From NCBI GenBank assembly GCA_964509715.1, contig CAZDYD010000003.1, positions 1,436 through 65,435 on the forward strand: DNA of 64,000 bases, read 5' to 3'. The DNA comes from an uncultured Chitinophagales bacterium (GTDB lineage Bacteria; Bacteroidota; Rhodothermia; Balneolales; HLUCCA01). Shown piece after piece: positions 19,614 to 28,635 of the stretch. Position numbers and translations under genes: made by a program. The number at the start of each line of letters is the position of its first letter. Position 1 is the first letter of the stretch. The notes below the pieces were generated by a model. It ran no database searches and was not told the DNA's origin. It saw only the letters and a program-made list of their open reading frames with translations.

Positions 19614-20753
19614 ATGCAAGAAACCAGATCTATTCAAATGGTCGATCTTAAGTCACAATATCTGAGAATCAAAGATCAGATAGATACGGCAGTGATCGAT
19701 ACAATAGCTGAAACAGCTTACATCAATGGTCCTGCGGTTAAACAATTTGCTACTGAACTGGCTGAATACAATCATGTCAAACACGTGATACCATGTGCCA
19801 ATGGAACCGATGCGTTACAAATCGCTCTTATGGCATTGGATGCGAAATCGGGAGATGAGGTCATTGTCCCAACTTTTACATACATCGCCACTGTTGAGGT
19901 AATTGCACTCCTGCAATTGAAACCTGTATTTATCGATGTTGATCCCGATACATTTCAGATGCGTACTGACTTACTTGAGGATTTAATAACAGATCGTACT
20001 GTTGCTGTTGTTCCGGTCCATTTGTATGGACAATGTTCCGACATGGAAGAAATATTGAAGATTACCAGCAAGTTTGATGTAGCTGTTATTGAAGATACCG
20101 CTCAGGCAATCGGGGCAGAATTTACCTTCTCTGATGGTTCGGTACACAAAGCTGGAACCATGGGGACCATTGGCACCACATCTTTTTTCCCATCCAAGAA
20201 TCTCGGTTGTTTTGGAGATGGTGGAGCGATGTACACCAACGATGATGATCTGGCGAAGAAGCTTCAAATGATTGCCAACCACGGTCAGTCTCGTAAGTAT
20301 TACCATGACTCCATTGGTGTAAATTCCCGACTGGACACGTTGCAGGCGGCCATTCTAAGAGTCAAATTGCAATATCTTGATGAATATACTGCAGCCCGTA
20401 ACAAGGTTGCAGATGCATACGATGAGGCCTTTGGAACCCATAAAAACATCCGAATTCCTGCGCGATGCCACAATTCGTCGCATGTATTCCATCAGTACAC
20501 ATTGAAGTTAGTGGATGCAGATCGGGACGCATTTCGTGCATATTTGCAATCAAAGGGAATTCCGACGATGGTATACTATCCTCTCCCAGTCCATTTGCAA
20601 CAAGCATACACGGGTTATGGCTATACAAAAGGGGACTTTCCGGTAGCTGAAAATCTATGTGAATCGGTAGTTTCGTTACCTATTCATACCGAAATGACAA
20701 GCGACGACCAAAACTATATCATCGAACAAACTCTTAAATTCTTTGAGTCATGA
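19614..20753 (+). CDS. DegT/DnrJ/EryC1 PLP aminotransferase (WbpE/WlbC-like, UDP-3-oxo-GlcNAcA aminotransferase type)
   Basis: DegT-family layout (CANGTDALQIAL..., SFFPSKNLGCFGDGGA, NSRLDTLQAAIL). Forms an operon with WbpD- and WbpB-like genes. Confidence 0.88.
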   Translation: MQETRSIQMVDLKSQYLRIKDQIDTAVIDTIAETAYINGPAVKQFATELAEYNHVKHVIPCANGTDALQIALMALDAKSGDEVIVPTFTYIATVEVIALLQLKPVFIDVDPDTFQMRTDLLEDLITDRTVAVVPVHLYGQCSDMEEILKITSKFDVAVIEDTAQAIGAEFTFSDGSVHKAGTMGTIGTTSFFPSKNLGCFGDGGAMYTNDDDLAKKLQMIANHGQSRKYYHDSIGVNSRLDTLQAAILRVKLQYLDEYTAARNKVADAYDEAFGTHKNIRIPARCHNSSHVFHQYTLKLVDADRDAFRAYLQSKGIPTMVYYPLPVHLQQAYTGYGYTKGDFPVAENLCESVVSLPIHTEMTSDDQNYIIEQTLKFFES

Positions 20754-21328
20754 GTAATTATTTCGCACACGAGACAGCCGTAGTTGAAGAAGGATGTACC
20801 ATTGGCGATGGAACCAAGATTTGGCACTTTTCACACATCATGCCCGATTCCATCATTGGGAAGAATTGTAATATCGGACAGAATGTAGTGGTCTCACCGG
20901 GTGTAATACTGGGAGATAACTGTAAAGTTCAAAATAATGTGTCGATCTACACTGGTGTAATCTGCGAGGATGATGTTTTCATGGGTCCATCTATGGTATT
21001 TACCAACGTCATAAATCCCAGAAGTGCCATCGTACGAAAGCACGAGTATGCCAAAACACATGTGGGACGAGGAGCAAGTATCGGTGCAAATGCGACGATA
21101 GTCTGTGGGCATGATATTGGAAAGTTCGCTTTCATCGGTGCCGGTGCCGTTGTGGTAAAGCATGTGCCCGATTATGCATTAGTTGTGGGAAATCCAGCCC
21201 GCCAGATCGGATGGATGAGCGAATTTGGACATAGACTCAATTTCGATGAAAAAGGTCTTGCTACATGTCCTGAGAGTGGGGATTCTTATCAGCTCAAGGA
21301 CCATAAGGTAACTAAAATATCAGGTTAA
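20750..21328 (+). CDS. Left-handed beta-helix N-acetyltransferase (WbpD/WlbB-like, UDP-GlcNAc3NA 3-N-acetyltransferase type)
   Basis: Hexapeptide repeats throughout (IGDGTKIW..IGKNCNIGQNVVVSPGVILGDNCKVQNNVSI...), 192 aa. ATGA overlap with the aminotransferase gene. Confidence 0.85.
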   Translation: MSNYFAHETAVVEEGCTIGDGTKIWHFSHIMPDSIIGKNCNIGQNVVVSPGVILGDNCKVQNNVSIYTGVICEDDVFMGPSMVFTNVINPRSAIVRKHEYAKTHVGRGASIGANATIVCGHDIGKFAFIGAGAVVVKHVPDYALVVGNPARQIGWMSEFGHRLNFDEKGLATCPESGDSYQLKDHKVTKISG

Positions 21329-21339
21329 GGAGAGATTTT

Positions 21340-22305
21340 TTGAAAAATTTTGCTCTGATTGGTGCAGCCGGATTCATTGCTCCCCGGCATATGAAAGCGA
21401 TTAAGGATACGGGTAACAGAATCGTGGCGGCATTAGATCCCTTCGATAGTGTAGGGGTAGTAGACAGTTATTTTCCTGAGGCAGATTTTTTTACCGAGTT
21501 TGAACGATTTGATCGGCATATCGATAAGTTGAGACGAAGTGGCGAACAGATCGATTATGTGTCTGTCTGCTCACCGAACTATTTACATGATGCACACATT
21601 CGTTTTGGACTGCGTTCTCAAGCAGATGTGATCTGTGAAAAACCGCTCGTGTTAAATCCGTGGAATGTGGATGCGCTCAAACAAATTGAGACTGAAAGTG
21701 GAAAGAATATTTTTACCATTCTTCAGTTGAGGTTGCACCCTTCGATCATTGAACTCAAGAAACGAGTTGATGAAGACAAAAGCGGAAAGATGTATGATAT
21801 AGATCTAACGTATATCACATCACGTGGCCACTGGTACTATACCAGTTGGAAAGGCGACGTGAATAAGTCCGGTGGCATTGCTACAAACATTGGCGTCCAT
21901 TTTTTCGATGCTTTGATGTGGATATTTGGAGGACTTAAAAAGAACGTGGTTCATATTCTTGAACATGACAGGGCTTCCGGATTTATGCAACTTGAAAAAG
22001 CCAATGTGCGATGGTTTTTAAGTATAAATGCCGACACCTTGCCTGAAGAAGCCAAATCTACCGGAAAACGAACCTACAGATTGATCAGCATCAACGGTGA
22101 CAGTTTTGAATTCAGTGAAGGATTTACAGATCTTCACACCGATAGTTACCGGCACATTCTGGATGGACATGGATTTGGAATTGAAGAAGCAGGTGCATCT
22201 ATAAGTGTTGTACATGAAATTCGAACGGCACCGATACTTGGACTGACTGGTGATTATCACCCCTATGCCAAATTACCGTTGGCTCGACATCCCTTTGATT
22301 ATTGA
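21340..22305 (+). CDS. Gfo/Idh/MocA oxidoreductase (WbpB-like UDP-GlcNAcA 3-dehydrogenase type)
   Basis: N-terminal FALIGAAGFIAPRHMKAI Rossmann fold, EKP motif (VICEKPLVL) and 321 aa. Adjacent to the WbpE/WbpD-like genes. TTG start preceded by AAGGAGAG. Confidence 0.8.
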   Translation: MKNFALIGAAGFIAPRHMKAIKDTGNRIVAALDPFDSVGVVDSYFPEADFFTEFERFDRHIDKLRRSGEQIDYVSVCSPNYLHDAHIRFGLRSQADVICEKPLVLNPWNVDALKQIETESGKNIFTILQLRLHPSIIELKKRVDEDKSGKMYDIDLTYITSRGHWYYTSWKGDVNKSGGIATNIGVHFFDALMWIFGGLKKNVVHILEHDRASGFMQLEKANVRWFLSINADTLPEEAKSTGKRTYRLISINGDSFEFSEGFTDLHTDSYRHILDGHGFGIEEAGASISVVHEIRTAPILGLTGDYHPYAKLPLARHPFDY

Positions 22306-22310
22306 AATAT

Positions 22311-23162
22311 ATGCGTGACTTAAAAGTTACTGTTTACTCTCCCAAGTCATCTTTGACAAACCCGGTCAAGATGGCGCGTGCATTACTTGTTGATTTATTC
22401 GGTAGTCGTGAACTGGCATGGCGCCTTGCGGTACGTGACATTAGTGCCCAATATCGTCAGGCGGCATTAGGTATACTATGGGCATTTATACTTCCTCTGG
22501 TCAACACATTTACCTGGGTATTTCTTAGCGAATCCGGTATCGTATCGCTATCTGAGACCGATATTCCTTATCCGGTGTATGTGTTCGTTGGGACTATGCT
22601 TTGGCAAATACTTGTTGATGCCATAAACGCCCCACTCAATGAGACTACGGCTGCAAAAGCAATGCTGGCAAAACTGAACTTCCCCAGGGAAGCCATCATT
22701 ATGTCGGGTATCTACAAAACCTTGTTCAACGCACTTATAAAGGTTTTGTTGGTGATCATTGCCATCTCATTCTTTGGGATTTATCCGGGTTGGACCCTCC
22801 TTTGGTTACCCGTTGCATTGTTTTCACTGATTTTGGTGGGTACGTCGATTGGCTTACTGATAACACCTGTTGGTATTCTATATACAGATATTGGTAAAGC
22901 CATCCCATTGTTCATGCAGTTTTTAATGTATGTCACTCCCGTTGTGTTTGCCATGCCACAAAGTGGGCTAGCTGCAACCATTTTCAAATTGAACCCCTTT
23001 TCATATCTCATTTTGACATCAAGGAGCTGGATAACCAGTACACCGGTCGAGTTTCTGGATGGATTTATCATAGTAAACATATTGTTTTTCATACTCATGC
23101 TCATTGTTATGGTAATTTACAGATTGGCTATGCCCATTCTGATTGAGCGTATGAGTGCATGA
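22311..23162 (+). CDS. wzm: ABC-2 type polysaccharide/O-antigen exporter permease (Wzm/KpsM-like)
   Basis: About 6 TM segments and the ABC-2 N-terminus (ELAWRLAVRDISAQYRQAALGILWAFILPL). Directly upstream of the Wzt-like ATPase. Confidence 0.85.
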   Translation: MRDLKVTVYSPKSSLTNPVKMARALLVDLFGSRELAWRLAVRDISAQYRQAALGILWAFILPLVNTFTWVFLSESGIVSLSETDIPYPVYVFVGTMLWQILVDAINAPLNETTAAKAMLAKLNFPREAIIMSGIYKTLFNALIKVLLVIIAISFFGIYPGWTLLWLPVALFSLILVGTSIGLLITPVGILYTDIGKAIPLFMQFLMYVTPVVFAMPQSGLAATIFKLNPFSYLILTSRSWITSTPVEFLDGFIIVNILFFILMLIVMVIYRLAMPILIERMSA

Positions 23163-23186
23163 TTTTTATAAATAACAACTAACTGC

Positions 23187-24428
23187 ATGTCAAACGAAGT
23201 ACTGATCCGTGTAAACAATGTCTCCAAAAAATTCAGTAAGGATCTGAAGCGATCTTTATGGTATGGGATGAAAGACATTGGAAAAGAAGTGCTGGGGATG
23301 TCGGAACACAAACGAGATCGTCTGCGCCCCACTGAATTCTGGGCGGTAAAAGATGTGTCATTCGAACTGAAGAGAGGTGAGTGTCTCGGTTTGATTGGTC
23401 GAAATGGAGCAGGTAAGACCACTCTACTCAAAATGCTCAATGGTCTGGTCAAACCAGATCAGGGGAATATTGAAATGCGTGGACAAGTAGGCGCCTTGAT
23501 ATCATTGGGTACTGGATTTGACCCGATTCTCACCGGACGTGAGAATATCTATGTGAATGCCTCCATCTTGGGAATTAAAAAAGCAGAAATCGATGAAAAG
23601 GTAAATGAAATCATAGAATTTGCAGAATTGGGGGATTTCATCGAAGCACCGGTAAGAAGCTATAGTTCAGGGATGGTCAGCAGGCTTGGTTTTTCGATTG
23701 CTGTTCATATGAAGCCCGACATACTCATTTTGGATGAAGTTCTTGCCGTTGGTGATGCCGGATTCAAGATGAAATCTCTGAATAAAATGTACGAGATCAT
23801 GAATGAAACAGCCGTGATTTTTGTGAACCACAATATGGCCACTTTGTCACGTGTGTGTAACAAGATTTTGTACCTGAAAGATGGTCAAACACAATATTTC
23901 GGTGATAATGTATTGCACGGTATCGAAAGATATCTGGCACAATTTGAAGATGAGCAAGGATTCATAGATTACAATGGAAAAGCTCAATTTAATGAAATTG
24001 TTGTAGCGTCGAATGTGGACCGTGGCTTTGATATTAAAGAACGACCGATCTTGAATCATGGTGATGACCTGCTCATTGACTTTGATTATCAATTAGACCC
24101 TGCTTGTGGTCCTCATGAGTTGAGTGTAGTAATCTCAAATAAAGATTTTCTTACCCTCGCTTTCCACAAAACAGATCCAATCGAGAACACACCAGATGGT
24201 CACAACATGGTTAAACTCAGGATCCCCAAGCTTGAACTTACGAATGGTGAGTACAGCATTACATTCAAGATTCTGAGCTCAACTACCGATGGTACCTTGC
24301 CCGAAAATTATGCAACGTACAGACACTGGAAGAAATTCAAAGTTGAGGGACTTGGAACGTTGAATAGTGTTCCGTTTATGATCAGTGGTGAAATGCAGAT
24401 CATGTCGACCAACGGTACAAAACCATAA
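23187..24428 (+). CDS. wzt: Polysaccharide ABC exporter ATP-binding protein (Wzt-like) with ~170-aa C-terminal extension
   Basis: Walker A GRNGAGKTTLLK, signature YSSGMVSRLGFS and Walker B ILILDEVLAVGD. Residues ~245-413 form an extra, beta-strand-rich domain, as in Wzt proteins that bind the capped glycan terminus. Confidence 0.9.
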   Translation: MSNEVLIRVNNVSKKFSKDLKRSLWYGMKDIGKEVLGMSEHKRDRLRPTEFWAVKDVSFELKRGECLGLIGRNGAGKTTLLKMLNGLVKPDQGNIEMRGQVGALISLGTGFDPILTGRENIYVNASILGIKKAEIDEKVNEIIEFAELGDFIEAPVRSYSSGMVSRLGFSIAVHMKPDILILDEVLAVGDAGFKMKSLNKMYEIMNETAVIFVNHNMATLSRVCNKILYLKDGQTQYFGDNVLHGIERYLAQFEDEQGFIDYNGKAQFNEIVVASNVDRGFDIKERPILNHGDDLLIDFDYQLDPACGPHELSVVISNKDFLTLAFHKTDPIENTPDGHNMVKLRIPKLELTNGEYSITFKILSSTTDGTLPENYATYRHWKKFKVEGLGTLNSVPFMISGEMQIMSTNGTKP

Positions 24429-24452
24429 CAGGCCAAAATAGTATTCAATTAT

Positions 24453-25466
24453 ATGAACTTGAACGGCAAATCAATACTTATAACGGGTGGAACAGGATCC
24501 CTTGGACGTGCTTTTATAAAAAAAGTACTTACAACCTGGCCGGATGTCGAAAGACTGGTCATCTTTTCCAGAGATGAACAAAAACAATTTGAAATGGCAC
24601 AGGAGTATCCGCACACACGATATCCAATGATCCGTTTTTTTATCGGAGATGTGCGTGATTATGCCAGATTGGTACGAGCTTTGAGTGGTATTGATTATGT
24701 GATCCATGCTGCTGCCATGAAACATGTGCCGATAGCCGAGTACAATCCTGATGAGTGTGTCAAAACGAATATCAATGGAGCCGAGAACCTGATCCGTGCT
24801 TGTCTTGAGACGAATGTGGAGAAAGTAGTTGCACTCTCAACCGACAAAGCTGCAGCACCAATCAATTTGTATGGCGCTACAAAATTAGTATCCGACAAAC
24901 TCTTCATTGCAGCTAATAACATTAAAGGTGATCGAAAAATTACGTTTTCAGTTGTTCGGTATGGAAATGTGATGGGATCGAATGGATCAGTGATACCATT
25001 CTTTCTAAAAAAACGCAAGGAAGGTGTCCTGCCTATCACTCATCCAGAAATGACACGTTTCAACATTACACTTGAAGGTGGAGTTAACATGGTGCTTCAT
25101 GCTCTTGAAACGGCTTGGGGTGGCGAACTATTTGTACCCAAACTTCCTTCATACAGAATATTGGACGTTGCCGAAGCTATTGGCCCTGAATGCGATAAAC
25201 CGGTCATAGGTATTCGTCCAGGAGAAAAAATTCATGAGGAGATGATCACAACATCAGATTCATTCTATACATATGATTTGGGTAGCTATTATGCCATCCT
25301 GCCATCGGTTCATAAATGGAAGATTGAAGATTTTGTAGATCATTTTAAAGCGGTAAAAGTGCCACGCGGATTTCAGTACAATTCTGGTGAAAATACAGAT
25401 TGGGTTAGCGTTGATGAGTTAAGAAAATTAGTAAAAGAACATGTTGACCCCTATTTTACAGTGTAG
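24453..25466 (+). CDS. pseB: UDP-N-acetylglucosamine 4,6-dehydratase (inverting), PseB/FlaA1
   Basis: Nearly collinear with my memory of H. pylori FlaA1: KSILITGGTGSLG, FFIGDVRD, IHAAAMKHVPIAEYNP, STDKAAAPINLYGATK, FSVVRYGNVMGS, IGIRPGEKIHE. Confidence 0.93.
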   Translation: MNLNGKSILITGGTGSLGRAFIKKVLTTWPDVERLVIFSRDEQKQFEMAQEYPHTRYPMIRFFIGDVRDYARLVRALSGIDYVIHAAAMKHVPIAEYNPDECVKTNINGAENLIRACLETNVEKVVALSTDKAAAPINLYGATKLVSDKLFIAANNIKGDRKITFSVVRYGNVMGSNGSVIPFFLKKRKEGVLPITHPEMTRFNITLEGGVNMVLHALETAWGGELFVPKLPSYRILDVAEAIGPECDKPVIGIRPGEKIHEEMITTSDSFYTYDLGSYYAILPSVHKWKIEDFVDHFKAVKVPRGFQYNSGENTDWVSVDELRKLVKEHVDPYFTV

Positions 25467-25513
25467 ATATGTATTCGATGTCCTAAAACCAATCATTGCC
25501 ACTGATCGATTCG

Positions 25514-26530
25514 ATGCCCCCGTTAAAGTATTCGAGAGATAATGTATTATTCATTCAGGGTCCAGAAAAAACTGGTACATCGTCCCTGAATGGGATGCTT
25601 AATGCACACCCACAGATTATGAATCTGTTTGAAGTGTACATGGCTCAATCGTCAATAACTAAGTATGGTCACCAGTTATTGGACAAATATCCATCAGGAA
25701 GGATGTACTTTCGTGAGGATGATGATTACGGAGCGCCATATATAGATTTTTTCAACCACTTTTCGACTTTGGAACCAGATTTCAGTTACACATTCATTGG
25801 TACCAAGATCAATAGTATGGTAGCCGGACTCACAACCAGGAAGTATCCATATAAAACTATTTATACAATTCGTGATGTACGATCCTGGGCTATAAAGCAA
25901 AGCGTGATCAAACATTATCGTACCGAATTGGATATTGTGATTCCAATCATGGCGTATCTGCGGTTTGTTGTAGAAAGTTATAAATACCCCGACATCCTAA
26001 AAATTTGGATGGAAGATATGGTTTTGAACAATAATCATACGTTTGACCGAATCGGAGATTATCTCGAATTGGATTTCAGCAGCTACAAATCTGGATGGTG
26101 GGAAATGTTTGGCGCACATAGCGAGACGGATCCCAAAAGTACCTTTCGATTGTCACACATCCACCATTCTTCCCAGATCAAACCAGAGCGTTTAGATACA
26201 TCCTACAAACTTGCGGACCACCCGTTCTGGAATGAAGTGAGTGAAATATTTGATAAATATTATCTGAAAAATGACGAGGGTGCACTTTCAGATGCGATTA
26301 TGGCCCAAGATCTTCAGAGGATTGAACGGCTTCATACATATGCCCCGCTAACAATCGAAGATGCATATATTGGAATCAAAACCGAACGGTTTGGTGACCT
26401 CAAGTCCGAAAAAATCGAGTTCGATAAGTCCAACACGATACTTCCAGAAAATGAATCCCTGATGGCCAGAATCATTCGAAGATTACATCGGATCAATCAG
26501 GCGGCCAGAGGTAAAACCATACTTGATTGA
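25514..26530 (+). CDS. Putative PAPS-dependent sulfotransferase
   Basis: 5'-PSB-like loop PEKTGTSSL (nt 25562-25588) and a 3'-PB-like motif IRDVRSWAIKQS (nt 25871-25903) about 100 aa downstream, which is the canonical spacing. No other recognisable family motif. ATG at 25514 is preferred over TTG at 25496. Confidence 0.6.
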   Translation: MPPLKYSRDNVLFIQGPEKTGTSSLNGMLNAHPQIMNLFEVYMAQSSITKYGHQLLDKYPSGRMYFREDDDYGAPYIDFFNHFSTLEPDFSYTFIGTKINSMVAGLTTRKYPYKTIYTIRDVRSWAIKQSVIKHYRTELDIVIPIMAYLRFVVESYKYPDILKIWMEDMVLNNNHTFDRIGDYLELDFSSYKSGWWEMFGAHSETDPKSTFRLSHIHHSSQIKPERLDTSYKLADHPFWNEVSEIFDKYYLKNDEGALSDAIMAQDLQRIERLHTYAPLTIEDAYIGIKTERFGDLKSEKIEFDKSNTILPENESLMARIIRRLHRINQAARGKTILD

Positions 26531-26534
26531 TATC

Positions 26535-27818
26535 ATGGAAAATAAATCTGTAATTCCATATGGTAGGCAACACATCACCCAAAAAGATCTGGATGCCGTA
26601 GTTCGGGTACTACAATCAGATTATCTCACGCAAGGGCCTGAAATAGCTACATTTGAACAGGCATTTGCGAGTTATGTGGGATCTCGTTTCGCAGTTGCAG
26701 TTTCTAACGGCACGGCTGCACTTCACCTGTGTGCCTTGGCGCTTGACGTTAAAAGTGGAGATAAAGTACTCACAACACCTATCACGTTTGCGGCATCAGG
26801 TAACTGTATCAGATATTGCGGAGGTGAATTAGATTTCGTTGATATTGAACCGGATACGTATCTGATCGATATAGCTTCATTACGAAAAAAGCTCGAGTCT
26901 GTCCCAAAAGGGACATATCGCGGTGTCGTCCCGGTAGATTTTGCCGGACGTGCAGTTAACCTGGAGGAAGTCAGGAAGCTTGCCGATGAATTCGGACTTT
27001 GGATCATCGAAGATGCCTGCCATGCACCCGGTGGATTCTTCATCGACTCCAAAGAGAATAAACAGTTATGTGGAAATGGGGTTTTTGCTGATCTGGCCAT
27101 TTTCTCTTTCCATCCGGTTAAACATATTGCTGCAGGTGAAGGCGGTATGATTACTACCAATAATGAAGCATTATACGAGCGATTGTTAAGACTCCGAACG
27201 CATGGTATTACCAAAAATGTGAATGATTTTACGTTGGATGTCAATTTTGCGGCCGGACATGATGCCGAGCACATGGAGCTTCAAAAATCGGCACCATCTA
27301 TTGGTGCTCCTCATGCGCATGAAACTGAGCTTGCCAATAAAAATTCAATCAACGCATATCCGGGTTGGTACATGGAGATGCAGGAACTGGGTTATAATTA
27401 TCGTCTGACCGACTTTCAGGCTGCATTGGGGCATTCTCAACTTGAGGAGGCTGATGACAGACTGTCGCGCCGCCGACAAATAGCCGAACGATATGCCCAA
27501 GCATTTTATGGCAAACCATTCATTTTAGGTCAATCAGATCACATTGAAGGGCATGCTTATCATCTTTACATTATTGAAACGCCCCGTCGACTCGAACTGT
27601 ACAATTACCTGAGGACCAAAGGGATCTATGCGCAGGTACACTACATTCCATTACACTTAATGCCATACTATCGGCAATTTGGGTGGAAATCAGGTGATAT
27701 GCCATCATCAGAATCATATTACCGTAAATGCCTGAGCCTTCCTATGTATCCGACGTTGAGTGATGATCAGCAGCATTTTGTAATCAAAACCATTGAGGAG
27801 TTCTTTGAACAAGATTAG
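26535..27818 (+). CDS. pseC: UDP-4-amino-4,6-dideoxy-N-acetyl-beta-L-altrosamine transaminase, PseC (with ~40-aa insertion)
   Basis: The PseC-type N-terminus IPYGRQHITQKDLDAVVRVLQSDYLTQGP plus the DegT-family core (SFHPVKHIAAGEGG). Extra segment DVNFAAGHDAEHMELQKSAPSIGAPHAHETELANKNS. Confidence 0.9.
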   Translation: MENKSVIPYGRQHITQKDLDAVVRVLQSDYLTQGPEIATFEQAFASYVGSRFAVAVSNGTAALHLCALALDVKSGDKVLTTPITFAASGNCIRYCGGELDFVDIEPDTYLIDIASLRKKLESVPKGTYRGVVPVDFAGRAVNLEEVRKLADEFGLWIIEDACHAPGGFFIDSKENKQLCGNGVFADLAIFSFHPVKHIAAGEGGMITTNNEALYERLLRLRTHGITKNVNDFTLDVNFAAGHDAEHMELQKSAPSIGAPHAHETELANKNSINAYPGWYMEMQELGYNYRLTDFQAALGHSQLEEADDRLSRRRQIAERYAQAFYGKPFILGQSDHIEGHAYHLYIIETPRRLELYNYLRTKGIYAQVHYIPLHLMPYYRQFGWKSGDMPSSESYYRKCLSLPMYPTLSDDQQHFVIKTIEEFFEQD

Positions 27819-28635
27819 TCGAATCGGACTTGGAACCGTGCAATTTGGTCTCCCGTACGGAATTTCTAATAAACTCGGACAACCAGATAAGAAATCTGTT
27901 GCTGAGGTGCTGGAACTGGCAAAGACATCCGGCATCAAAATGATTGATACCGCCAGTGCCTATGGTACCGCTGAGTTGGTGTTGGGATCAATTGGAGTGC
28001 AGGATTTTCATGTGGTGTCAAAATATATGCCACCTGAAAGCTACATGTCGATAGACGAACAAGTACATCAGTCTCTTGAACGTCTTCAATGTGATCATTT
28101 ATACGGATACCTTGCACATCGACCTCAGAACATAGTCAAGCGACCGGAGCAATGGGAAGCTTTACAACTCCTGAAACAAGAAGGGTTTGTTGGGAAGATC
28201 GGGTTCAGTCTGAATGAACCTGCCGAGCTGGATGCGTTACTCGAACTCGGTATGATTCCGGACTTAATTCAGGTCCCGGTAAACTACTTTGACCGAAGAT
28301 TTGTGAGTTATTTCGATGAATTGAAGTCCATAGGCACTGAAATCCATGGTAGATCTGCATTTCTTCAGGGATTATTTTTTCTGAAAGAATTTGAATCCCG
28401 TTTTGATCCGGTTCGTGATGTGATTCGGAACCTCCAGTCCTCTATAAGCAATCTTCCCGCTGCTTTATTGAATTATGTACTTTCAGATACCCGAATCGAT
28501 ACGGTGCTGATAGGTGTGCAGAACGTTACCCAGCTTCGGGACATCATTGTCGGATTAGATGAATCTGAGTCTTTACCCGAACTTAATATGGATATCAGCG
28601 ATGAGATTGTGATGCCCTCAAAATGGAGTCATTAA
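27793..28635 (+). CDS. Aldo/keto reductase family oxidoreductase
   Basis: RIGLGTVQFGLPYGISN start and (beta/alpha)8 AKR layout (IDTASAYGTAE...). The TTG start (27793 or 27805) overlaps the pseC stop. Confidence 0.8.
   Translation: MRSSLNKISRIGLGTVQFGLPYGISNKLGQPDKKSVAEVLELAKTSGIKMIDTASAYGTAELVLGSIGVQDFHVVSKYMPPESYMSIDEQVHQSLERLQCDHLYGYLAHRPQNIVKRPEQWEALQLLKQEGFVGKIGFSLNEPAELDALLELGMIPDLIQVPVNYFDRRFVSYFDELKSIGTEIHGRSAFLQGLFFLKEFESRFDPVRDVIRNLQSSISNLPAALLNYVLSDTRIDTVLIGVQNVTQLRDIIVGLDESESLPELNMDISDEIVMPSKWSH

Noticed and set aside
26723-27274. 183-aa antisense ORF inside pseC
   Set aside because: Antisense to a strongly supported PseC. Ser/Pro/Ala-rich low-information sequence.
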